From Planctomycetota bacterium (GTDB taxonomy: Bacteria; Planctomycetota; UBA8108; SXIK01): a DNA stretch of 64,000 bases. The position numbers were made by a program, and so were the translations under genes. Of this stretch, positions 28,519 through 41,105 are shown in pieces (position 1 is the stretch's first letter; every line of letters begins with the position of its first letter). The stretch is taken from contig OZ244999.1 in NCBI GenBank assembly GCA_965223265.1, forward strand, positions 7,552,001 through 7,616,000, read 5' to 3'. The notes below the pieces were generated by a model. That model saw only the letters and a list, made by a program, of their open reading frames with translations. It was not told the DNA's origin and did not search any database.

Positions 28519-29735
28519 AGATCACCCGCATCAAGACAAAGCTGGTCCAGCTCGGGCCGCGGAACTCCGTCTTCGTCGCTGTGGAGACGAACGAGGGCAT
28601 CACCGGCTATGGCGAAACGCTCTACAAACGCAAATCGAAGATGGTCGAAGCGGGAATCCATGAACTCGCTCGTTACCTGGTCGGTAAAGACCCGACCCGG
28701 ATCGAGGATCACTTCGAAAAGATGTACCGCGATGCCTTTCTGGTCGGCGGCGGCCTTCAGACAGCGCCAATCAGCGCTGTCGAGATCGCGCTTTGGGACA
28801 TTCTGGGGAAGAGCCTAGGCGCTCCAGTTTACAAGCTGCTCGGGGGACCGACGCGCGACCGCATCCCGGTTTACTGCCATTGTCTGTGCGGTCCGACGCC
28901 GGAAGCGTTCGCAGCCAACGCGAAAGATTGTGTCGACCGCGGCTATCACGCGCTGAAAGCGACGCTGCCTCTCTTCTACGGCGCTCAAGACGCAGCATAC
29001 GTCGGCGGCGCAGCGCGGAACCCGAGCACGGGACTCGGCAGCTTCGGCTACAGCGGTACGCATGGTGAGATCGACCGCAGTCACAAGGAGACCGAAATCC
29101 TCGCGCCGGACACGTTCGCCCGCATCCGCGACTTTTTCGTCGCTGCGCGCGAGGCGGTGGGCAGCAGCGTTCACTTGATGCTCGACTGCCACGGACGCCT
29201 AAACGCCACCAACGCCCTCAGACTTTGCGAAGCACTGCGAGATCTCGAGCTCCTCTTTATCGAGGAGCCCGTGCCACCGGAGAACGAGACAGCACTCGCG
29301 TTCGTAACCGAGCGTAGTCCTGTACCGATCGCAACCGGTGAGCGCTGGTCGACGATCTACGACGCGCGGCGATTTCTCGGCAAGCTCAACCTCGCCGCTG
29401 CGCAGCCGGACGTCGTCTGGTGCGGTGGTCTCGCGCAGGCAAAAAAGATCGCCGCACTCGCAGAGGCCGAATACGTCGGCCTGGCGCCACACAACCCGAA
29501 CGGACCCGTCGCCACTGTCGCAACCCTGCACCTCGCGGCGAGCGTGCCAAATCTTCTCATCGTCGAGACCATCGGTTCCCAAGAGCTACGTGCCGTCGAA
29601 GCGAAGGTCGTGCAGCCGCTGCCACAAATAGACGATGGCTGTTTGCTGCTTCCGTGCACCCCAGGGCTCGGCATGGAGATCGACTGGGACGCTTGCGACC
29701 GCTACCCGTACCAGCCCTTCGAGGGTTGGAGGTGA
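28515..29735 (+). CDS. enolase-superfamily acid-sugar dehydratase (galactonate dehydratase-like)
   Basis: GITGYGE, ALWDILGKSLGAPVYKLLGG, LDCHG, IEEP, TGER, QPD, APHNP. Confidence 0.9.
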   Translation: MKITRIKTKLVQLGPRNSVFVAVETNEGITGYGETLYKRKSKMVEAGIHELARYLVGKDPTRIEDHFEKMYRDAFLVGGGLQTAPISAVEIALWDILGKSLGAPVYKLLGGPTRDRIPVYCHCLCGPTPEAFAANAKDCVDRGYHALKATLPLFYGAQDAAYVGGAARNPSTGLGSFGYSGTHGEIDRSHKETEILAPDTFARIRDFFVAAREAVGSSVHLMLDCHGRLNATNALRLCEALRDLELLFIEEPVPPENETALAFVTERSPVPIATGERWSTIYDARRFLGKLNLAAAQPDVVWCGGLAQAKKIAALAEAEYVGLAPHNPNGPVATVATLHLAASVPNLLIVETIGSQELRAVEAKVVQPLPQIDDGCLLLPCTPGLGMEIDWDACDRYPYQPFEGWR

Positions 29736-29836
29736 TGGTCCACAGAGTCTGGGCAAGCGAGCTGTTCGTAGGACGCGACGCCGGTGCCGACCTACTCGCC
29801 GCCACGACGCGGTGAGCACCCTTGCTCGATCAGCGG

Positions 29837-30529
29837 TCACACCGTGATCGTTTCGCCAAATTCGAGAACGCGTGCGCTGCGGCCGTTGGCTGCGACTTTC
29901 TCAACGAAAACGTTCGGATCGACGTAGATCAGGTCGAACGTCTTGTAGTGCATGGGGATCGCCAGCTGCGGCTGGAGAAACTCAACCGCTTTCGCGGCGT
30001 CGTCGATGCCCATCGTGAAGTTGTCCCCGATTGGCAAAATGGCAACATCGATGGCGTCGAGCTCGCCGATCAGTTTCATGTCAAGAAAGAGCGCTGTGTC
30101 GCCGGCGTGGTAGAGCGTTTTGCCGTCCGCGGTGATCAGAAGACCAGCGGGATTGCCGAGCTCGACGATCCCGTCACCGGTCTCAAGACCCGAGCCGTGG
30201 TGGGCGAGCGTCAGCTTCAACCGTCCGAAATCGAACTGTCGCGCGCCGCCGAGATGCATCGGATGAACCTTTGCGCCTTGGGCGCCGCAGTGCGCAGAGA
30301 GCTCGTACGTGGCGACGATCGTGGCGTCATTTCGTTTCGCGATGTCGACCGCGTCGCCGAGATGATCGCCGTGCGCATGTGTGACCAGGACGTAATCACA
30401 CTCCACATCCTCGGCCTTAACGGCTGCGTTCGGATTGCCGCTCAAAAATGGGTCGATGACGAGACGATGCGAAGCCGTTTCGACGAGAAACGCGGAGTGG
30501 CTCCAGTAGGTCAATTTCATGTCGGGCAA
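29837..30529 (-). CDS. UPF0173 metal-dependent hydrolase (MBL fold)
   Basis: IDPFLSGNP, THAHGDHLGD, YHAGDT, LPIGDNFTMG, IPMHY. Confidence 0.93.
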   Translation of the reverse strand: MPDMKLTYWSHSAFLVETASHRLVIDPFLSGNPNAAVKAEDVECDYVLVTHAHGDHLGDAVDIAKRNDATIVATYELSAHCGAQGAKVHPMHLGGARQFDFGRLKLTLAHHGSGLETGDGIVELGNPAGLLITADGKTLYHAGDTALFLDMKLIGELDAIDVAILPIGDNFTMGIDDAAKAVEFLQPQLAIPMHYKTFDLIYVDPNVFVEKVAANGRSARVLEFGETITV

Positions 30530-30806
30530 CCCCCGTTGTCAGGATCAACTTGCAGTGGAATCAGGATCAGAGAGGGTAGAGACTACCTCGGCTGCGGTCA
30601 TGCCCGCAAGACGCGGCGCTGCTTAATGAGCACTGGTTGTCGCCAGGGCTGATCGGCCCGCGCCAGCGCGGACATTCACGGTCTCTACAGTTCGGCAGAA
30701 CACTGGGAATCGACACGGAGCGGACTTTTGTTCTTGTCTCCGCGACACACCCAAAGCTAACTTGAGTGACGTGTTGCTCATCACATTTTTCGGATCGGAG
30801 GCAGTC

Positions 30807-31781
30807 ATGATTGACGCGCGCAAAGCGGTCGTGTCGCTGGTCGCCGGCGTTCTCTGCAGCTCGGCGTTCGGAACAGATGTCGGACAGGAGGCGCCAGCGC
30901 TTCACGCCAAGGAGTGGCTCAACGCAGCCCCAGGGTTCTCTTGGTCGCAGCTCAAGGGACGACTCATCCTCGTCGAGAACTGGGCCACCTGGTGAGGCCC
31001 TTGCATCACGTCGATCCCGCACCTCAACGATCTCAAACGTGAGTACGAGGGTAGGGGATTGACGGTCATCGGAGTTGCCGATGAACCCAAGGGACGGATC
31101 CAACGTGTCGTCAAGAACGAGGAAATCGAATACATCGTCGCGCTGCGCTCCGGCTCGGCGTTTAACTCACGTGCCTACCCCACGGCATGGCTCGTCAGCC
31201 CCAAGGGCAAAGTCGTCTGGAAAGGGCACCCCGCTAGTCTCGACGGCAAGAAGATCGAGAAGTTTCTCAAGGGCGCGCGCTTCGAGCCGAAGTTTTCTCT
31301 GCCGAGGAAACTGAAAGCAGCGTCTCGATACCTGGGCAAGAGGGATTGCGCCAGAGCGATTCGCGAGCTCGAGAAACACGTGGCAGGGAAAGACGAAGCC
31401 GTCGCGCGGGTGGCAAAGGACACCATTCGGGAACTGAAGCGTTACGCGAAGCGCGAATACAAGTTCGCCGGTAGGTTCGCTAAGTCTGGCGAATACGCCG
31501 ACGCGGTCGCGATTCTCGAGTTTCTTGAGAAGTCGTTCAAAGGCTTCGAAGCAGGAGAGCGAGCCAAAGTCAAGCTGAAGGCCTGGCGTGACGACAAGAA
31601 GATCAAACTCGAAATCGAAGCCAGCTCTCAGATCGCCAAAGCAAGGACGCTGATTTCACGTCGGCAGTACGCGCCGGCGTATAAAGTCCTTCAGAATGTA
31701 GCGCGAAGAAAGAAGTACAAGGACACGCGGGCAAAAGAAATTGCCGTGAAGTTAGCGAAAGAGATCAGACGCTACGTTTAA
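30807..31781 (+). CDS. exported TlpA/redoxin-family selenoprotein (UxxC) with Lys-rich helical C-terminal domain, 324 aa by UGA read-through
   Basis: GGAG RBS, signal peptide, LKGRLILVENWATW-[TGA 30993-30995]-GPCITSIPHLN continuing in frame into ORF 31059-31781; cis-Pro motif AYPTAWLV. Confidence 0.88.
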
Positions 31782-31811
31782 CCTCCAACTGATACGGTCG
31801 CCTCGCCTCCA

Positions 31812-33304
31812 TCAGAGGATGTCGAGAATCGGGCCATCGCCTTCTTCGACGAGCCGAATCGGCTGGCCGTTGATCTCGACCTCCATCTGATCCGCTTCGA
31901 GGCCCAGCTGTCGCAAGATCGTCGACTGCAGATCGGTTATGTAGTGACGATCTTCGATCGCATGGTAGCCGAAGTCGTCCGTCCGCCCGTGCACCACTCC
32001 GCCCTTCACGCCACCGCCTGCCAGCCAACAGGTAAATCCGCGCGGGTTGTGGTCGCGTCCTTTGGTGTTCTGCGACCAAGGCGTCCTGCCAAACTCTGTC
32101 GCCCAGACGACGAGAGTGCGGTCCAGAAGCCCACGCTGCTTGAGGTCACGAATCAGCCCCGCGATCGGACGATCGGTCTGGCGGCAGAGCGGGGCCTGAT
32201 CAGACACGTCGTTGTGTGTATCCCAACGCCCATTGCCGCCGCCGGCATGACAGATCTGCACGAAGCGAACCCCACGCTCAACGAGACGTCGCGCCAACAA
32301 CAGCTGTCGTCCGAACTCATCCGTGGGTTCAGCATCGACGCCGTAGAGCGCTCGCACGGCCGGCGGCTCACTGGCGAGATCAACGGCTTCGGGCGCCGCC
32401 AGCTGCATACGCGCTGCGAGCTCGTAACTACGAATGCGCGCCTTGATCTGGGCGTCGAGCTCATAGCGGCTTCGAAACTGCTCGTTGAGACGCTCGAGAA
32501 CCTCCAAGTGCTGTGCCCGCTCCGCAGCGCTCACCGCGCGCGGTGGCAACAAGTTCGGAACTGGTCGATCGTTCGGCTGAAACGGCGTAGCGGCCTCACT
32601 GGCGCCCAAAACGCCGCCCGAAATCTGCACCGGAGACGATGGCCGGCCGATGTTGACGAACACGGGAAGGTTCTCGTTGGCACTGCCGAGCGCATAGGAC
32701 ACCCACGACCCGAGGCACGGGAAATCGAACGGCCGGCGGCTATGCCCCGTCGCCATTTCAATCGCCGCGGGAAAGTGATTCGACTGATGGCAGTACATCG
32801 AACGCACGATCGCGATATCGTCGATCACCTCGCCGACGTGCGGGAACCAATCTGAGACTGGAATGCCGGCGCCGCCGTAGCGCGTGAAGGTGCGCAAACA
32901 CGGGATCACTGGTCGACGCATCGGGGCGAGGTTGTCACCGAAGCCGATGGCGTCGTTGACCATCGTCCCAGCCCACTTGTTGTCCTTGGGATCGAAGGTG
33001 TCGATGTGGCTGACACCGCCGCACATGAACAAGAAGATCACGGAATCGACGTGCACAGGAAGCTTTGGAGCGAAGGCGCCGGATCGCGAAGGATTCGACG
33101 GTGGCGGCCCAGCAGGCGTCGAGGAATCGTCCGAGGCGTGGAGCGAGCGCAGACGTCCGTCGCGCTGGAGGAGATAACCCATCGCCGTGCCGACAAAACC
33201 CAGCCCGCACCGATGGAGGAGCTGACGCCGCGTGACTCGACCGCAGGGGAACGTCCTGCGACGACCTACGAGTCGCGGCGAGATCTCTCTGAGGTTTTCC
33301 CAAG

Positions 33305-33308
<4 letters not shown>
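31812..33308 (-). CDS. DUF1501 domain protein (Tat-exported, planctomycete)
   Basis: TRRQLL leader, FLFMCGGVSHIDTFDPK, SYELAARMQ, LARRLVERGVRFVQ, WDTH, EFGRTP, GRDHN. Start ATG 33308 overlaps the upstream stop. Confidence 0.93.
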
Positions 33309-35509
<2,201 letters not shown>

Positions 35510-35696
35510 GGGGGATGTTTAGCCTGTTCGCCCTCGAAGCCGCGACCACGCAGCCGCAAGCTGGCGATTTTCCACCGCCAGCGTTGCCCGCGCAGTCTTG
35601 CGGAGAGACAATCTCTATGCAGGTCCGATTTTAGGTGACGGGAGAATCCAGTTCAACTCGAGCCGATCCAACAACTCGAGAATACGAGGGAAAACA

Positions 35697-37235
35697 ATGC
35701 CCCACACGCGAACACGGCGACAAGTCCTGCAGTCTGGCCTCGTCGGCAGCGCTGCACTTCTTGGGCTCAGCAAACTAGATTTTCTCAGCCGGTTGCCCGT
35801 CGTCGCAGCCCAAGATGCGGCCGACGCGCGCAAAATCGTTCGCTTCGCAGGCGACGTCGAACCACTCGTCAAACTCATCGAGGAAACCCCTCGCGACGCG
35901 CTTCTCGAGGCGATCGCAGCGCGCCTCAAGGCAGGTGCCAGCTACGAGCAGACTCTAGCGGCACTCTTTCTCGCGGGAATTCGCAATGTGCAGCCGCGGC
36001 CATCCGTGGGTTTCAAATTCCACAGCGTACTCGTCGTCAACTCGGCGCACATTGCCAGCCTCGCCGCGCCGCCGGCGGAGCGCTGGTTGCCAATCTTTTG
36101 GGCGCTTGACTACTTCAAACACGCGCAGGCGCAAGACGTCCGCGAGGGCAACTGGACGATGGAGCCGGTCAAGGAGTTCTTTTTACCACGGCCGCACCGA
36201 GCGAGGGCTGCACTTGCCAGTGCGATGGAACGCTGGGACGAGCATGGCGCCGATGCAGCTGCGGCGGCGATGGCTCGCACCGCCAGTGCGGGGGAGACGT
36301 ACGAGGTCTTCTGGCGCTATGGCATGCGCGACTTTCGCTCCATCGGGCACAAGGCCATCTACGTCGCCAACAGCTGGCGGACACTCCAGTCCATCGGCTG
36401 GCGCCATGGCGAGCCGGTAGTTCGCTCTCTCGCCTATGCACTTTTGAATCATGGTGACGAAGACAATCCGGCGCAATCCGACCACGCCGCTGACCGCCCG
36501 TGGCGACGCAGCGTACCCCTCGCCGCGAAGATCCGTGCGGATTGGCGCGACGGCAAGCCGTCCACGGCCGCGGCGAGTGAGCTCTTGCGAAGCGTTCGCG
36601 ACGCCTCCGACGAGGAGGCGAGCAATTTGGTGGCGACACTCCTGAATCGCGGCGTTGCGCCGGCATCGATCTGGGACGGACTCTTCGCTGGCGCCGGCGA
36701 GTTGCTCCTACGCCAAGCCGGCATCATCTCGCTGCATGCGGTGACGACAACCAACGCTCTCCATTACGCCTACCTCGCAAGTGCGAACGACGAAACACGT
36801 CGGTTGGCGATGTTGCAGGCGGCAGCTTTCTTGCCTCTGTTTCGTGATGCAATGCCGGCGCGCGGCCCCGTCGGCGAGGCGCGGATCGACACGCTTGAGG
36901 CGAGCCCCACGAACGCTAAGGGCAACGGACGCATCGGCGAGATTTTCGCGACCGCGACGACCGATCGCGGACGTGCGGTCGAGCAGGCGCTCGGCTATCT
37001 CGAAGATGGGCACAGCGCGCGGCAGCTCATGAGCGCAGCTCGCCTTCTCGTCTTCTTAAAAGGAGACGATGCGCACGATTACAAGTTCAGCTCGGCCGTG
37101 CTCGAGGACTTCTTCCATGTCTCGCCGCCGTGGCGCGAACGGCTACTGGCATCGAGTTTGGCGCTACTAAGAAGTTCCGGCGAGCCGGAGAATCCGCTAG
37201 CCGAGCGGGCCCGCGAGGCAATGCGAAATGTTTGA
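35697..37235 (+). CDS. Tat-exported conserved hypothetical protein with repeated His motifs
   Basis: TRRQVL leader; FHSVLVVNS, IGHKAIYVAN, LHAVTTTNALH, AHDYKF. Confidence 0.75.
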   Translation: MPHTRTRRQVLQSGLVGSAALLGLSKLDFLSRLPVVAAQDAADARKIVRFAGDVEPLVKLIEETPRDALLEAIAARLKAGASYEQTLAALFLAGIRNVQPRPSVGFKFHSVLVVNSAHIASLAAPPAERWLPIFWALDYFKHAQAQDVREGNWTMEPVKEFFLPRPHRARAALASAMERWDEHGADAAAAAMARTASAGETYEVFWRYGMRDFRSIGHKAIYVANSWRTLQSIGWRHGEPVVRSLAYALLNHGDEDNPAQSDHAADRPWRRSVPLAAKIRADWRDGKPSTAAASELLRSVRDASDEEASNLVATLLNRGVAPASIWDGLFAGAGELLLRQAGIISLHAVTTTNALHYAYLASANDETRRLAMLQAAAFLPLFRDAMPARGPVGEARIDTLEASPTNAKGNGRIGEIFATATTDRGRAVEQALGYLEDGHSARQLMSAARLLVFLKGDDAHDYKFSSAVLEDFFHVSPPWRERLLASSLALLRSSGEPENPLAERAREAMRNV

Positions 37236-39534
37236 CGCCTGGGCGCGAAACAGTCGACGAAAAAGATCGAGGCTACGTCGCTCGCGGCAGTGGCCCGCGC
37301 TCGAGACGCTCGTCGTCGCGCTAGCGCTGCTGCCCGCCGCGTCTGCGGCCGATTTCATGCGCGGCGACGTTGACCGCGATGGCCGTATCAATCTCTCAGA
37401 TCCGGTGAACGTCATTCTCTCTCTGTTCACCGGCGCCTCACCTCTCGGCTGCGAGGACGCTGCCGACAGTAATGATGATGGCAAGCTCGACATCGCCGAT
37501 CCACTGCATCTCCTTGGCTACCTCTTTCGCCAAGGTGACGTCCCGGCCCCCGGCCCTGTCGTCCCCGGGCCTGACCCAACGTGCGACCAGCTCGGCTGCG
37601 CTGACGCGCCGCCTGCCTCCGGTGCGATCGTCATCAGCGAGATCCATTACCACCCGGAGCACGACTTCGAGCGCGAGTACATTGAGCTTCAAAACCGTAC
37701 TGCGTTCGACGTTGATCTATCAACCTACGCGCTCACGGCTGGGGTTCGGTTCGAGTTCCCACCGGGAACGATCGCCCCAGCCCACGGCTTCGTGGTGGTA
37801 GCGCGGCGGCCAGATCGCCACAGTGACCTCGTGCCTGCGGCCGCGGGTCCGTACACAGGCTTCTTGGCGAACGGTGGCGAGCGCGTGACGCTCATGGATG
37901 GCGTCTGTCGTGTCGAGAGCGTTCGCTACGATGATCGACCTCCGTGGCCCGTTGGCGCAGACGGCTACGGCCCGTCGCTGGAACGCGTCAGCGTCACGGC
38001 TCCCGCGGCTGACCCGCATAGCTGGCGCGCCGCGATCAGCGCTGAGCCGGGTCCCGTTCGACCGACGCCCGGCGCGCCGAACTCGACGGCGGGAACGCCG
38101 ACCCATCCTTTTGCCATCGCCTGGCGCCATGACCCACCGCACCCCCGTTCCACGGACGCGGTCAGCGTCGACGTTGAGCTCGACATCGCGGCCGCAGAGA
38201 TCGTCGGCGCCGAGCTGGTGTGGCAAACCTTTGGAGCGCAAGCATCGAGCGCGGCGAGAACGACGTTCGAGGTCACCTCGGCCGGGGGCACAGTCACCAC
38301 CCTCTCTGCACATCTGCCACCCCAGCCCTCGCAGACGCTCGTGCGCTGCGTCGTCGACCTCGAGCTCCAAAGCGGGAAACGCGTCCGCTTGCCGCACCTA
38401 GGCGAGCCTCGCCCCTTCAGCAGCTACTTCGTCTACGACCTCGACGTCGCCGCCACACTGCCACTGATCTGGCGCTTCTCGCTGGCTGAGACCGACCTGA
38501 CGCCGGCGGGGAAGCTCTATAGCGGCGTTTCGATCTGGGAAGTCGATGGTCCGCACGCTCAGCTCTTCGATGGCGCCAACGTCCGCCCCCGCATCGATGT
38601 AGCGACGAACGGCCACAAGATCCGCTTCGTCAAAGGCGAAGAGTACGCTGGCAACCGCATCTTCAACGTCTTCCCCGAAATCAACAGTGCCCTCGAACAC
38701 TTCGGTTTTACGACGTTCGAAATCGCCGGCGCATTGGCCCCGAGTGCACGGTGGTATCGATTCATCGAATTCAAGGCTGACGGCTTGGCGCACACGCACC
38801 ATCTCGTTCTGCAGCAGGTGAATGAGAATTTCCTCGCGCTGGCCGGGCTCAACGACGACGGCGATCTCTATAAGTTGACCGGTCGCGCCTCGAAGGTCAC
38901 CAACCTGGAAAGCGGCACCGCAGTGTGGGACGATCTCTTCCTCCGTCTGCGCTCACCGGATCCGGCGATCAAGCGGGCGGCGATTTCCGAGTTCGATCTC
39001 GCGAACGTGGGACTTTACTCGGCCGTGGAAGTTTTCATCGCCAACTGGGACGGATTTCACAACAATTTGTTTATCCACAGCGATCTCACTCCGCCCGGGA
39101 CTTCAGGTGGCTGGCGTGTCATTCCTTGGGACCTCGACAGCGCCTATCAACCCAGAAACTGGGACATGCCTCTCAGCTTTCCGCTCACGGGAAGACCTGA
39201 GACGACATCAAGCTTTCAGTTCACGCGCCCTCCCGGCACGGTCTCGAAGCCATTTCATCAGCAGCCGGACTTCGACGCCGCGTATCGTTCAAAGATGAAG
39301 TCACTCGTCGCGCCAGGCGGAAAGCTGAGCACCGAAGTGCTTCTTGCGCGCGCCGATGATCTCGAGGCGCTGGTGCTCGAAGACCTCGCGCTCTCCGAGG
39401 CGCAGCTCGGCGCCGAGCGTCCAGCGTGGCGATCACGGATCCGATCGACGTACGCATCACTGCGCACGTTCGTCTCCGATCGGGTCAGTTTCCTCCGTGG
39501 AGAACTCTCCGCTACCCCCGATGCCAACGAATGA
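37228..39534 (+). CDS. dockerin-like + lamin-tail domain + CotH kinase family protein
   Basis: FMRGDVDRDGRINLSD...DAADSNDDGKLDIAD; LTD motif IVISEIHYHP..EYIELQN; CotH motifs GDLYK, NWDGFHNN, IPWDLD. Confidence 0.85.
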   Translation: MFDAWARNSRRKRSRLRRSRQWPALETLVVALALLPAASAADFMRGDVDRDGRINLSDPVNVILSLFTGASPLGCEDAADSNDDGKLDIADPLHLLGYLFRQGDVPAPGPVVPGPDPTCDQLGCADAPPASGAIVISEIHYHPEHDFEREYIELQNRTAFDVDLSTYALTAGVRFEFPPGTIAPAHGFVVVARRPDRHSDLVPAAAGPYTGFLANGGERVTLMDGVCRVESVRYDDRPPWPVGADGYGPSLERVSVTAPAADPHSWRAAISAEPGPVRPTPGAPNSTAGTPTHPFAIAWRHDPPHPRSTDAVSVDVELDIAAAEIVGAELVWQTFGAQASSAARTTFEVTSAGGTVTTLSAHLPPQPSQTLVRCVVDLELQSGKRVRLPHLGEPRPFSSYFVYDLDVAATLPLIWRFSLAETDLTPAGKLYSGVSIWEVDGPHAQLFDGANVRPRIDVATNGHKIRFVKGEEYAGNRIFNVFPEINSALEHFGFTTFEIAGALAPSARWYRFIEFKADGLAHTHHLVLQQVNENFLALAGLNDDGDLYKLTGRASKVTNLESGTAVWDDLFLRLRSPDPAIKRAAISEFDLANVGLYSAVEVFIANWDGFHNNLFIHSDLTPPGTSGGWRVIPWDLDSAYQPRNWDMPLSFPLTGRPETTSSFQFTRPPGTVSKPFHQQPDFDAAYRSKMKSLVAPGGKLSTEVLLARADDLEALVLEDLALSEAQLGAERPAWRSRIRSTYASLRTFVSDRVSFLRGELSATPDANE

Positions 39535-41052
39535 ATGACGATGACAAACGTTCTGCGGTTTAGCCGCATCTCCTTCCTGGTTTGCAGCACTCTCTTGTCG
39601 TTTCAGTTCTCCTGCGCTCAGCGAATCGTTACCGACGGTTCACCGGGCAGCGAAGTCAAGGAAGCACTTTTGACGCACTCACCACCCCGCCAGATCACGT
39701 TCGATCCATGGAACCATGAGCTCGACAACAACGACAACTTCTCACCGGATGATCGCTTCCTCTGCTACGACACGCGGCCCGGAGAGGGATCCATCGGAGC
39801 GTGTCGGACAATCGAGAAGGTCGAGATCGCGACCGGCGGGGTGACCGTACTCTATCGTGCACCCCATCCAGTGCCGGACCAAGGTCCGGGACTCGGCGCT
39901 GTCTCGTACCACCCGCACGATGACCGCGTCATCTTCATCCACGGTCCGTACACAACGACGGGCTTCAACTACGATCAAGCGCATCGCTTTGGTGTCAGTG
40001 TCTCCGGCAGTGGCGAGGGAGCCGCCGAGTTCGCCGACGCGCGCGACGTCACGCCGCCATTCACGCCTGGCGCACTGCGCGGCGGCACGCATCGCCACGA
40101 GTTCGACGGCAGCGGCCAGTGGGTCGGCTTCACCTACAATGACAGCATCATGAAGGCGCGAGGAATCGACCTGCGCACGATCGGCGTCACGCGCCTCAAG
40201 CGTCCCGTGCGCGTCGATGCCGATCCGAGAAACGCCAGTGGCACCGGTTTCTCCGCGCTCGTCGTCGAAGTGGTGCGAGACCCAAAGCCAGGCAGCGACG
40301 AGATCTCGCGCGCCTACGGTGACAGCTGGGTCGGAGTCTCGGGGTATGCGAAAGGTGACGGCAAGCGCCAGCTCGCTCGCGGCTTCATCGGCAAAACGCG
40401 CGACGCGGCTGGCGGGGACGTGGACGAAGTGTATGTCGTTGACATACCGTCTGATATCTCCCGTCCAGGGCGCGTGGGCCCTCTGGAAGGGACCGAGGAA
40501 TCATTTCCCGCGCCGTGCGCAGGTGCGTCGCAGCGACGCCTGACCTGGACGAGCCAGCGAAAGTACCCGGGCTGCATCGGCATCGTCCGCTCGAGTCCCG
40601 ACGGCGAGTGGTTAGCATTTCTCGCCAAAGTGAACGAGGGCGAACTTGAGGGTACCCAACAGATCTACCTCGTGTCGCCGAGACCTGCACGGCCGGAGTC
40701 GAGCGGCGACGGTAATGCAGACAGGAACGCCCACACGATGAGAAGACTATCCAATTGGCCCGACGGAATCTCGGAGGGCATCCGCTGGCATCCGTCCGGG
40801 CGCACGATCGTTGCTACCGATTCCTCGGGTCGCCTGCTCGCGATCTCGGCGGCGACGGGGGAAGAGTTTGGTAGAGCGCGTGTGATTCTCGAAGCGGGGG
40901 ACTCGCCGCCGTTCGCGCATGTCATCTCGCGCCGCGGCGACTTGATCGCGTACAACAGAAAGGTGAAAAGCGACGCGGGAGTCTATACACAGATCTTCGT
41001 CGTCGGTTATTCTGCCGAGCCGAATGCATCGGCTGGCGGGACAGACTCTTGA
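39535..41052 (+). CDS. DUF3748 (YidR-like) TolB-type beta-propeller lipoprotein
   Basis: Lipobox FSC; FSPDDRFLCYDTR, DARDVTPPFTPGALRGGTHRHEF, VGFTYND. Confidence 0.85.
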   Translation: MTMTNVLRFSRISFLVCSTLLSFQFSCAQRIVTDGSPGSEVKEALLTHSPPRQITFDPWNHELDNNDNFSPDDRFLCYDTRPGEGSIGACRTIEKVEIATGGVTVLYRAPHPVPDQGPGLGAVSYHPHDDRVIFIHGPYTTTGFNYDQAHRFGVSVSGSGEGAAEFADARDVTPPFTPGALRGGTHRHEFDGSGQWVGFTYNDSIMKARGIDLRTIGVTRLKRPVRVDADPRNASGTGFSALVVEVVRDPKPGSDEISRAYGDSWVGVSGYAKGDGKRQLARGFIGKTRDAAGGDVDEVYVVDIPSDISRPGRVGPLEGTEESFPAPCAGASQRRLTWTSQRKYPGCIGIVRSSPDGEWLAFLAKVNEGELEGTQQIYLVSPRPARPESSGDGNADRNAHTMRRLSNWPDGISEGIRWHPSGRTIVATDSSGRLLAISAATGEEFGRARVILEAGDSPPFAHVISRRGDLIAYNRKVKSDAGVYTQIFVVGYSAEPNASAGGTDS

Positions 41053-41105
41053 CGAAGCGTGACCATAGGGCGCGCGCTCGTTTGTCGTAAACCGCGGTGA
41101 AGACC

